Assembly: GCA_001805445.1 (NCBI GenBank)
Contig: MHGF01000035.1
Span: 25,279 to 89,278 of the forward strand
Length of the DNA: 64,000 nucleotides
Reading direction: 5' to 3'
DNA from: Omnitrophica WOR_2 bacterium GWF2_43_52
GTDB lineage: Bacteria; Omnitrophota; Gorgyraeia; Gygaellales; UBA12090
Shown here: piece by piece, positions 41,989 to 51,400 of the stretch
Layout of the letters: each line of letters starts with the position of its first letter
Position numbering within the stretch: the first letter of the stretch is position 1
Translations under genes and position numbers: made by a program
The notes under the pieces: model-generated
The model's database searches: none
Seen by the model: only the letters and a program-made list of their open reading frames with translations
What the model was told of the DNA's origin: nothing

Positions 41989-42495
41989 ATGATGATACTG
42001 AAAGGTTCAGCAGTGTTGTTAGGGGATAATATCAATACGGATTTTATAATTTCCGGAAGGTATAAGTTTTCGATTACCGATATGAAAGAATTAGCCAAAC
42101 ATATTATGGAGGATATTGACCCCGAGTTTCCAAAAAAATTAAGGCCGGGCGAATCAATTATTGTGGCGGGTGAAAATTTCGGCATGGGCTCATCCCGTGA
42201 GCAGGCGCCGCTTGTTATCAAGGAATCTGGGATTGTCGCGGTTGTCGCGAAGTCTTTCGCGAGAATTTTCTACCGTAACGGTTTTAACATTGGATTACCG
42301 TTAATTGAGGCGGATACACGAAACATTAAAGAACATGACAAGCTCTTGATTGACGTAGAGGCTTCGTTTCTAGAAGACTCCACACAGAAATTCAAAACCA
42401 AGATACAGCCGCTGTCTCGGATTATGCAGACATTACTGCAGGATAACGGGATTGTCAGTCATATCAAGAAGCATCAGGGAAAGATAGTATTATAA
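41989..42495 (+). CDS. leuD: aconitase-family dehydratase small subunit (LeuD-type)
   Basis: 168 aa. NTDFIISGRYK. Confidence 0.8.
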   Translation: MMILKGSAVLLGDNINTDFIISGRYKFSITDMKELAKHIMEDIDPEFPKKLRPGESIIVAGENFGMGSSREQAPLVIKESGIVAVVAKSFARIFYRNGFNIGLPLIEADTRNIKEHDKLLIDVEASFLEDSTQKFKTKIQPLSRIMQTLLQDNGIVSHIKKHQGKIVL

Positions 42496-42570
42496 AGCTT
42501 TGTGTATGGCACTTATTGCTAAATTGTATACTACAATTTAGCAATTTTACTTAAGAGGAAAAAACTCCCT

Positions 42571-43653
42571 ATGGCATATAAGGTAACGTTAATTTCTGGG
42601 GATGGGATTGGCCCTGAAGTCTCTATGGCAACAAAAAAATGCCTTGAGGCAACGGGGGTTGTATTTGATTGGGAAGAGGTCTTGGCAGGAAGCGCTGCCA
42701 TAGAAAAATACGGCACCCCTCTTCCGGAAAATGTTTTAAAATCCGTGCGTAAGAATAAAGTAGCTATTAAGGGGCCGATCATCACGCCGATAGGGAAAGG
42801 TTTTCGTTCAGTGAATGTCGCGCTCAGGCAAAAACTTAATCTTTTTGCCTGCCTTAGGCCCGCAAAATCAATACCGGGAATAGTCTCCGCGTATTCTGAT
42901 ATAGATTTGGTTATTGTCCGGGAGAATACTGAAGACCTCTACGCAGGTATTGAGTTTGAAAGAGGACAGCCCAATACCAGGAAATTGATCCTTACCCTTG
43001 AGAAATTACAAGAGAAGAAAATCAGCCACGACGCGGCTATTTCCATTAAACCGATTTCACCTGCAGCAAGCAGGAGAATCGTGAAGTTCGCTTTTGAATA
43101 CGCTCTCTCCAATAACCGTAAGAAAGTAACCGCGGTCCATAAGGCGAACATTATGAAATTTACCGATGGTTTATTCCTGGAAACGGCACAAAGGGTGGCT
43201 AAGGAATATGAAGGCAGGGTAAAGTTTGATGATTGCATTGTAGATAATCTGGCGATGCAATTGGTCAAGAACCCGCAAAAGTTTGATGTCTTAGTGCTTC
43301 CTAACCTTTACGGCGATATTATTTCCGACCTGTGCGCGGGTTTGATTGGAGGGCTAGGGGTTGCCGCGGGGGCGAATATCGGGAAGAACATTGCTTTATT
43401 TGAGCCGGTACATGGATCAGCGCCTAAGTACGCGGGATTAAACAAGGTTAATCCTACGGCGATGATTTTATCCGGGGTTTTAATGCTTAAGCATCTGGGT
43501 GAGTTTGAGGCAGCGCGGCGCTTAGAAGCGGCAGTAATCGCGGTAATTAAAGAAGGTATATACGTAACCTACGACTTGAAAAAAATCAGAGACGATGCTT
43601 CGGCGGTAGGGACTCAAGAAATGGCGGATGCGATATGCAAAAGACTGCGATAA
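42571..43653 (+). CDS. leuB: isocitrate/3-isopropylmalate dehydrogenase family
   Basis: 360 aa. [11 protein letters not shown]-terminus. NLYGDIISD. Substrate (IPM, homoisocitrate or isocitrate) cannot be resolved. Confidence 0.75.
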   Translation: MAYKVTLISGDGIGPEVSMATKKCLEATGVVFDWEEVLAGSAAIEKYGTPLPENVLKSVRKNKVAIKGPIITPIGKGFRSVNVALRQKLNLFACLRPAKSIPGIVSAYSDIDLVIVRENTEDLYAGIEFERGQPNTRKLILTLEKLQEKKISHDAAISIKPISPAASRRIVKFAFEYALSNNRKKVTAVHKANIMKFTDGLFLETAQRVAKEYEGRVKFDDCIVDNLAMQLVKNPQKFDVLVLPNLYGDIISDLCAGLIGGLGVAAGANIGKNIALFEPVHGSAPKYAGLNKVNPTAMILSGVLMLKHLGEFEAARRLEAAVIAVIKEGIYVTYDLKKIRDDASAVGTQEMADAICKRLR

Positions 43654-44564
43654 TCGGCGCGGGTAATGTCGGTGGGCAAACGGCCCTGTTATTAATGCAG
43701 GCCGGTATTAGGGATATCCTTCTCCTTGATGTGGCGGGAGGCCTTGCCAAAGGAAAGGCCCTTGATTTAGAGGATTGCGCGAGTATTTTTAAAAGGGATT
43801 GTGTTATAGAAGGAAGCGATGATTTTTCGCTCTTAAAAGAGTGCTCGGTTGTTATTATTACCGCGGGCCTAGCCCGTAAACCGGGAATGACGCGGGATGA
43901 TTTGCTTAGAAAGAACTCAGAGATTGTAAGCGGTATCGCCTTAAAGGTAAAAGAATACGCCCATACTTCAATAGTGCTCGTGGTAACGAATCCCGTAGAC
44001 ATAATGACGTCCTTAGTTGCCAAGGTAACAGGCTTTGACACAAAAAGAGTTTTTGGCATGGGGGTAAGCCTGGATGGGGCACGATTTGCCAATATAATTC
44101 ATCAGGAACTAAAAATACCGGTAACCGCCATAGAAGCAGTCGTTATTGGAAACCATGGGCAAACTATGGTTCCCGCGCCGGCCTTAACACAGGTTTCAGG
44201 AAAACCTCTTGCAACATTGATGAATAAAGAGGCTGTAGCAAGGCTTACGCAGGCAACGGTAGAACGGGGAGCGGCTATTGTAGGTTATTTAGGCTCCGGG
44301 AGTGCTTACTTCGCTCCGGCAGCCGCGATTGCGGATATTGTTAAGGCTATAGTTAATGATGAAAAGCGCGCTCTGGGAGTATGCGCTTATTTACAGGGTG
44401 AATATGGCGTAAAGGATGTATACCTTGGGGTTATGGCATATATAGGTAAGCACGGTATAGAAAAGATAGTGGAATTGAAATTAAGCCCTGAAGAGAAAGA
44501 TGCTTTCCACAAGTCCGCGGATTCTGTCCGTCAGCAGTTACGTAGCGCGTTTAGAGAAAAATAG
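43635..44564 (+). CDS. mdh: malate dehydrogenase (LDH-like family)
   Basis: 309 aa. IIGAGNVGG Rossmann motif. Overlaps the preceding gene. Confidence 0.85.
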   Translation: MQKTAIIGAGNVGGQTALLLMQAGIRDILLLDVAGGLAKGKALDLEDCASIFKRDCVIEGSDDFSLLKECSVVIITAGLARKPGMTRDDLLRKNSEIVSGIALKVKEYAHTSIVLVVTNPVDIMTSLVAKVTGFDTKRVFGMGVSLDGARFANIIHQELKIPVTAIEAVVIGNHGQTMVPAPALTQVSGKPLATLMNKEAVARLTQATVERGAAIVGYLGSGSAYFAPAAAIADIVKAIVNDEKRALGVCAYLQGEYGVKDVYLGVMAYIGKHGIEKIVELKLSPEEKDAFHKSADSVRQQLRSAFREK

Positions 44565-44591
44565 GATTTCCCGTTTTTTTTCTTGGTAGCC

Positions 44592-44619
44592 TTGACAATA
44601 CATTTTTTTGTGTTATACT
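44592..44619 (+). promoter_or_regulatory. sigma70-like promoter P2 (TTGACA-16nt-TGtTATACT, extended -10)
   Basis: TTGACA 44592-44597 and TATACT 44614-44619. Near-identical to P1 at 6527. Confidence 0.6.
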
Positions 44620-44627
44620 TTAAGTAG

Positions 44628-44877
44628 AAAGTTGCACATTGACATAATAAGTAAGTGCACCAAATGAAAAAGGCAAATTCGCCGTAAGGCGGAGACGCAA
44701 AGCTTCCGGTCCTGAAAGTAAAGGATAGCGGGGTTGCCAAAGGGTGGAGTACAATGACCCTAAAGCGGAGTATGCGCCTTTAGGGTTTTCTTATTGAGCC
44801 GCCAAGTTTTGTGGCGGTAGATGGAAAAAGTGAGCCCTTATGAAAGGAATGCCTTTTATGGGGGCTTTTTATTTTAA
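44628..44877 (+). ncRNA. candidate small RNA (~250 nt) between promoter P2 and an intrinsic terminator
   Basis: No plausible ORF. Internal hairpins ACCCTAAAG/CTTTAGGGT and CCGCCA/TGGCGG. Ends in GAGCCC..GGGGGCTTTTTATTTT. Identity unknown. No SRP, tmRNA or 6S signatures recognised. Confidence 0.4.
44832..44877 (+). terminator. intrinsic terminator (GC hairpin plus TTTTTATTTT)
   Basis: gagcccttatgaaaggaatgccttttatgggggctttttatttt. Confidence 0.6.
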
Positions 44878-44891
44878 TAACCCACTAGCCA

Positions 44892-44947
44892 CGCCCCGTC
44901 AGAAACTGCGGTGTGAGTATAAAAACAAGAGGTTTCTAACGGGGCAC
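44892..44947 (+). repeat. long hairpin CGCCCCGTCAGAAAC-26nt loop-GTTTCTAACGGGGCACG, related to the pseudopilin-upstream palindromes
   Basis: 13 of 14 bp stem. Shares the CCCCG-N-A-N-AAAC / GTTT..CGGGG pattern with the 2104-2267 units. Confidence 0.6.
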
Positions 44948-45057
44948 GTCCACCACAAAGCGTTGGCGGACAAGGAAGGTAAAAGATGGAGGTCAGTCCC
45001 CGTAGGAAACGCGTAAGCTGTTTCTTCCGGGGTAACTCCTGGAGGAGGGATGAAACG

Positions 45058-45336
45058 ATGAGTAAGAAACCTGTTACGCATAGGGTGGTAACATTCTTGA
45101 CACGGGAGGAACTAGACTTCCTCGATAAGCTTGAGAAGGATGTGATGTTTTCAAGCGGCAAATACATATCGAGGTCGCAGATACTTCAGGATATGGCAGA
45201 ACTTTTAGCCAAAACCAAGATGAATGCCACAGGGATTAAGGACAATCAAGAGCTCAAATCCAAGATTCAGGAAGCTATTGCTAAGCTCTATCAGGAGCAA
45301 GAAAACAGCCAAAGTTCCAATGAGCCAGGGCAATAA
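45058..45336 (+). CDS. small ribbon-helix-helix (CopG/Arc-like) DNA-binding protein
   Basis: ATG 45058 preceded by GGAGGAGGGA. N-terminal beta-strand HRVVTFLTREELDFLDKL typical of RHH. 92 aa. The ORF track shows a longer 44986 start. Confidence 0.5.
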   Translation: MSKKPVTHRVVTFLTREELDFLDKLEKDVMFSSGKYISRSQILQDMAELLAKTKMNATGIKDNQELKSKIQEAIAKLYQEQENSQSSNEPGQ

Positions 45337-45770
45337 GATGGATACTTTCTCTGATGATAGGGCAACCACAAGGGTTGCCCCTACGTTGGGGGATATTGCT
45401 TTTTAGGATAGAGCGGCCGAATAGGTTCTATAAGGGCGCGATTATCCTGTCAGCGGTGGAACATTGCTCTCAGCGAAGAGCGGTTTATGTGCGGGAATAT
45501 GGGTATCAACATGATAATCAACGATAAGGATGGAGTTTCTATGAAGCGGATGATACGGAAAACAAGCCAGAAGAAGTCCAGGCGTGGCCTAAGAAAGCGC
45601 CTTAGCTTCCTTGAACTGGTGCGTTTAGCTGTAGATTTGCCCCTAGGCTATAGCCCCAGTATAGGAAATAAGTATTAATCTGTGCAAGGCATAGTATCAG
45701 TTTCTTGGTACATTTTAGAATAAGTTAATGCTCAATTCTTTAAATGGTGGAAATGAAAAAGGAGGTTACA

Positions 45771-47978
45771 ATGGATAAGAAGAAGAGATTTAATGCATGT
45801 CTTAGTATATTGATTACAAGTTTATTAGTAATAAGCTCTACGACTACTTTCGCGCAAGAAAAAAAGCCTATACGCGTGGTTGTTTTTGGCTGGGATGGTA
45901 CGCAGAGGAGTGATCTTATTGATATTTTGCAGGATGAAACGGATAGGTCTTCAGAGCAATGGCAAGATATAAATATCACGACTGCAGAACAATTGTATGA
46001 AGCCGCGGTTCAGAATCTGCAAGGTAAACTGTTAGCAGATTCCTCTTTTCTTATTAAGAAAGACCTTCCGAAAAAAGATTTTCTCCCGACATTAAGGAAA
46101 ATTATTGAGCAGGGACGCATTGTGAAGATACATATTTCAGAGAATACCGCAACAAAACCAGGTTGGACACAGATACTTACCGGCTATAACGCGGATATAA
46201 CCGGCGTTTATAAGAATACCCCTGGCTACTATACAGCTTTTCCCCGAGGGTATAGTATCTTTGGGCGCCTGGCCGATACCTTCGGCCCGGATAACATTTA
46301 CAATATAATGGTTACTGGCAAGGATAAGCATATAGGTACTAAAGAGCTTAGCGCCAATAATATATTGCCCTTTTATAATGAAGTAATTGTTGATAAGAAG
46401 AAAAATTATTATAATTATTTGGATTATCAGGCTACGGATAGGCAGAGAATGCCTGATGAAGTATATGCTGAAGCCGAAAATGCTTTAAACGAATATGCCA
46501 AGGTTAAAAATCAAAATCTCTTTGCGTTTATTCATTTTTGCTGGCCTGACGGAATTGGCCATCAATATGGTGAAGGGACCGAAGAATACCGTTTAGCAAT
46601 AGAAGTAGTTGATTATTATACCGGTAAAATAATAGAGAAAATGAAAGCCCTGGGTATATACAATGGCACTTCGATATATATTACTTCTGACCATGGATTT
46701 GATAAACAGGGCGCGCGTTATCCGTATAAGCGTTATAACAGTGATGACGAGAAACTAGAAGCTGAGGAGGAAGTAAACGATGGCCGCGAGGGTGACCATT
46801 ATGGGGCGCCGCATACTTTTTTAGCCACAAATGACCCTGCAGTGGTACGGGGCGGAAATCGCAGGGATATTGCCCCCACTATTCTAAGAAAATTCAAGAT
46901 AGACTTAACAACCGTGAAGCCTAAACTTTCAGGGATACCCTTAACAAAATATAATTTCCCCAAAGACATAAGTGATGTTAATAAAGAAGATCAGCAGTTG
47001 CTTGAAGAAAATCTGCCTTATACTGGCGCAGATAATTCTTTAGGGCCGAAAGAAATTAAAAGAATGTTACTGGTAAGCTGGTCGGGCGCGAATCGAACGC
47101 GCATAAAAGAACTCCTTCAAAAAGGCGAATTACCCAACTTGAAAAAGCTGATTCAAGAAGGAAATTTATTAGATATAGATAGTACTAGTGTGATGATCGA
47201 TGAATTGGCCGCAGAACCTCTTGCTGGAATGTCATGCCTTCTTTCAGGATATGAGGCAGATCTGACAGGAGTTTACGACCATGCAAAAATTGCTGCCTCT
47301 CTTCCTGAGGGATATACGGTTTTCGAACGTTTGGAGAAGTTTTTTAAAAATAAAACAGATGAATCTGGTATTGCTACCGCGGCAATTATCGGTAAGGATG
47401 ATATAAAAGATTTTTCTAACAAAGGGATTGAGTATATGTTCGGAAAGAGCAAGAAGAATATTGATACGTTTATAATTGAGGAAACAGCAAAAATTACTGG
47501 TAAAACACTAAATTTTTTAAACGAGTGTGAGAATAATAAGTTAAAGGTATTTGCCTTTGTGCATTACAGCTATCCTGACCTCGCCGGCCACCAATACGGT
47601 GAGAATTCACCAGAATACAGAGAAGCGATAAAAAGATGCGATAAGGAGTTAGGGGAATTGATGCGTCTTTTCGAAAGTAAAGAGAAATACGATAATACGC
47701 TTTTTTATGTTAGCGCTACCAATGGATTTGAGAATGGCGATCTGCCCAGGAAAGGAAAGGCAATCCTAGAGTATGGGGACCTGGGGAAATCGCATTTTCT
47801 CGGTTCATATGTATTCTTGGCTACTAATGATAGTAGGCTTAAGAGGCATGGGTTACAGATAGATATTGTTCCTACTATTTTAAGAAGGTGGGGGATGGGT
47901 GTAAATCAAATATATCCAGTGCTTCCCGGAAAAGTTTTAAGTCAGACAATGGATAACTGGGTAAGGGAATATGAATAG
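45771..47978 (+). CDS. secreted protein with two tandem alkaline-phosphatase-superfamily (type I phosphodiesterase/NPP-like) domains
   Basis: ATG 45771 six nt after GGAGG. Signal peptide. Each half carries a DGTQ/SGAN metal site with Thr/Ser nucleophile and a PD(G/L)(I/A)GHQYGE motif (FGWDGTQ..WPDGIGHQYGE and VSWSGANRT..YPDLAGHQYGE). Confidence 0.55.
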   Translation: MDKKKRFNACLSILITSLLVISSTTTFAQEKKPIRVVVFGWDGTQRSDLIDILQDETDRSSEQWQDINITTAEQLYEAAVQNLQGKLLADSSFLIKKDLPKKDFLPTLRKIIEQGRIVKIHISENTATKPGWTQILTGYNADITGVYKNTPGYYTAFPRGYSIFGRLADTFGPDNIYNIMVTGKDKHIGTKELSANNILPFYNEVIVDKKKNYYNYLDYQATDRQRMPDEVYAEAENALNEYAKVKNQNLFAFIHFCWPDGIGHQYGEGTEEYRLAIEVVDYYTGKIIEKMKALGIYNGTSIYITSDHGFDKQGARYPYKRYNSDDEKLEAEEEVNDGREGDHYGAPHTFLATNDPAVVRGGNRRDIAPTILRKFKIDLTTVKPKLSGIPLTKYNFPKDISDVNKEDQQLLEENLPYTGADNSLGPKEIKRMLLVSWSGANRTRIKELLQKGELPNLKKLIQEGNLLDIDSTSVMIDELAAEPLAGMSCLLSGYEADLTGVYDHAKIAASLPEGYTVFERLEKFFKNKTDESGIATAAIIGKDDIKDFSNKGIEYMFGKSKKNIDTFIIEETAKITGKTLNFLNECENNKLKVFAFVHYSYPDLAGHQYGENSPEYREAIKRCDKELGELMRLFESKEKYDNTLFYVSATNGFENGDLPRKGKAILEYGDLGKSHFLGSYVFLATNDSRLKRHGLQIDIVPTILRRWGMGVNQIYPVLPGKVLSQTMDNWVREYE

Positions 47979-47980
47979 AA

Positions 47981-48027
47981 AGCGCTTTCAAAAACAGGCT
48001 GTTTTGGTCTTGAAAAGCGGTTTTTCT
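47981..48027 (+). terminator. intrinsic terminator (nested GC hairpin GCGCTTTCAAAAACAGGCTGTTTTGGTCTTGAAAAGCG plus TTTTT)
   Basis: Read directly, immediately after the stop codon 47976-47978. Confidence 0.65.
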
Positions 48028-48493
48028 GTGATAAACTTTAATCATCACTGAAAATCCGAAAACTTATACCCGTTATTACGAGTATAAGTCCATCTGAAAC
48101 AATTCAGATGGAGGCAAACTTCCGCCACAAACAATGGCGGATCCGCCAATCTTTGTGGCGGACCGAGAAATCGGAGGGCATCCTGAAGTAATTTTAGGAT
48201 CTTGTTAAGGAGAGAAAACCTTCGCAAGGCAAAGCCACAGGGTCTAATGCTCCTGCCGCAGGCAGGATGCGATGACAGCCTGGCGCACCGATAACGCGGA
48301 AGAATTCCACGCTATTAAAGCCAAGCTGTCAAAACAATGACAACTTGGCTTTATATTTTACAGGCATCTTAAGAAGTTTTGCAAAGTCAGTAAGGAATGA
48401 GAGTAGTATTAGATTTAACATATTCATCTGACAAAAACTGCAAGACGAAAGGCGTTTCTCGGCATACATTTTTTGCCCAAGGAGGATAGAGAA

Positions 48494-51400
48494 ATGAAGG
48501 CTATATTTTATAATACGAGTAAATCGTTTGTTATGGGATTAATAGTTTTTATAATGGGAAGCATGGCAGCAGGGAGTGTTTTGGCAAATAGCTATTATGT
48601 TGATCCGGTTAACGGTAGTGATAGTAGCAACGGCTCGCTCTCGCTACCATGGAGGACATTAGGAAATAGCATTGGGAAGCTTTCAGCGGGTGATACGCTG
48701 TATCTGCGAGGGGGCAATTATTTTGAAAGCGGCGTGAGGATTACTATTTCCGGGGCCCCGTCACAACATATTATAATTAAGAACTATAATGAGGAAATTC
48801 CCATAATTGACGGCGGGTATCAGGATTTTAGGGCAATTTCCAACAATGACTGGGAATTATATGATAGTCAAAGGAATATCTATCGTTCTACTAAAGCATA
48901 TCCCGGCGCAGGAAATAACGGGGCTATTCATGCGTTTCTGAAAATAGGCGAAATCACCACTAATCTTATCGCTTATGAGAGATATGGGGATCTTGCTTCT
49001 GACAATCAGCTCTACACTGAAACAGGAAGCATGTATCTTGGCCCGGGAGTGATTTGGAATAGTATTGACCAAAGGATATATATACGGCTTGTTTCTAGCG
49101 ATTTAGAATCGCAAATGGGTTACTCTATTCTATCTAATAGCGATCCCAGGCAAAATAGTATTTATATAGTGCCTCTAGGGGTAGTGGTGAATTTTGAAAA
49201 CAATGCTTCCTACTTAGATATAGAGGGGGTAAGTTTTAGATACCGTAATAACGCCCTGCGTTTTGCTTCCGGCCACCATATTAACGTAAAGAATGTCACG
49301 GTGTTTGGGGGAACAACGTATATCTTAACAGAACAAGCAGCGCATGATTTGGTATTTGATACTCTTATTGTAGATGGTTACTTTCCTGAATGGCTGGCAT
49401 TTAAGGACATAAAAAGCGCAACCAGGCCAGCGCACGCCATGGAAGTGGCAGCCTTCGTTTTACATGATTCAGAAAATGTTGAAATAATTAATTCTACCAT
49501 TCGAAATGTGATGGACTTTCTTGACGGAGGGGGGAATAATTTGCGCATCCATCATAATAGTTTCTTTGATATAAGAGATGATGTTGTCCAGCTTGACACG
49601 CAGTGTAATAACGTAGAGATGGCATATAACAGAGTTATAGGCTGCTCTAAGTCTTTTGATAGAAACCAAGGAGCTAATGCAACTAATTTAGGTACAAAGT
49701 ACGTCCATCATAATATCATAGATATCAGAAAACGACACCTGCACTTTCGACAGGGGGATCCTTTGTTTCAACAGGCGGGAGGTGACGGAAAGATACAAAA
49801 CAGGGCTTTTGGAACACATGGCACTATTGATATGGATCCCTGGAAGATTTACCACAATACTGTGTTAATAGGAAAGTCTGTGAATGCCCACCTTAGTCAA
49901 GACGGCATAGGATTTGATTATGATGAAACTACCGCACCTGGAGTACCTCACGAAGTATACAACAATATATTTATCCAGACTGAAGATCATAGAATGGGGC
50001 AGCGTTCGCGCGTGCATGACGGGTCGCAAATCCTGGATGGAAATTTATATTATCGCACCGTTTCAAACCCGACAGAACCTTTCTTCATTAATTGGGCAAA
50101 TGAGACATCACAGAGCAGTTTTAACTCTCTGGCCGCTTTTAAGGCAAGTAGTTTCTTTGATCAAACCAAACAATATTATACCCCCGGCTGGGAGGCAAAC
50201 GGCATAGAAGCAGACCCAATGCTTGATGAGGAGTATCATCCCGCGGCAAATAGCCCCGCGGCAACAGGAGCTGTTGACCTCTCTTCAAAAGGTTGGCCTG
50301 GGATAAGCGGCGAACAATATCGCGGCGCGCTATCCCCTGCGGCTGATACCAGTGTTCCTAGTATTACCATTATTTCCCCCACGTCCAATACAGCTTACGT
50401 AACTACACAAAGCGTAGTTTCGCTGTCAGGCACAGCGTCAGACGATAGAGGGGTAACGAGTGTTAACTGGTTAAATGATAGAGGAGGTAACGGCACAGCG
50501 ATAGGGACTAGTAATTGGTCAGTTGCCACTATTACCCTTAACGCAGGTAATAACCTGATAACGGTGAGCGCCTATGATGCCGCGGGTAATGTCGCAAATA
50601 ATACGTTAACCGTCACTTATGGGAGTGCGCCTACGGTAATTACAGGGACAAGTACAAACGTACTTGTTGATTCGTCAACAGTGAGCGCGGTAGTGAATCC
50701 GAATGGATTGAATACCACGGTGTATTTTCAATATGGAATAATTCCCGCCAACTATACGGGAAAAACAGCGAATCAAATACTCAGCGGCACAAATCGGCAG
50801 ACTATTAGCGCTCAGTTGATTGGTTTATCCGAGGCGACAGACTATTATTATCGCGCGGCAGCCAATAATAGCATGGGAACAGTCAATGGCGCGGAGATGA
50901 ATTTTACGACTACTGATATCAGCGCGCCAACAGGCTTAATCACTATTAATAATGGGGCAAGCTACACCAATACTACTGCGGTAACCTTAAGCCTCAGCGC
51001 GAGCGATAATCGAGGAGTAGTAGGTTATTACTTATCTACCAGTAACACTACTCCCTCAAGTTCAGCCGCTGGCTGGGTAGCGGTAAGCGCTGCTGCTAAC
51101 TATAGCACAAGTGTAAGTTATACGGTAACCACTGGCAATGGGCTTAAAACCATCTACTGCTGGTATAAGGATGTTGCGGGCAATGTTTCAATTGCAGCCA
51201 GCGGTTCAATTACCTTAGACACGCTGCTACCTGCGATAATTATCACCAGCCCCACTTCAAATTCAACGTATACTTCTATCACGAATACTATAACCATAAG
51301 CGGTACTGCAGCTAATTTAATCAGCGTTACGTGGTCCAACGATAGAGGGGGCTCAGGCACTGCCACAGGCACGAACAGTTGGTCTGTTAATACTATAAGC

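Noticed and set aside
44628-44877. Hypotheses that the candidate sRNA (and the P1 transcript 6555-6726) is SRP RNA, tmRNA, RNase P RNA or 6S RNA
   Set aside because: No GGAA tetraloop or AGCAGCC domain IV motif. No tRNA-like 3' end or tag ORF. The length is wrong for RNase P. No 5'/3' closing stem as in 6S.
45224-45406. 60-aa ORF 45224..45406 as a toxin partner of the RHH protein
   Set aside because: It starts inside the RHH gene in another frame and has no RBS. Its translation is not toxin-like. Downstream it crosses a hairpin/terminator.
48461-48480. Sigma54 (-24 GG / -12 GC) promoter reading of GGCATACATTTTTTGCC
   Set aside because: GG-to-GC spacing is 14 here and about 20 at 58847, versus the required 10. 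It does not fit.
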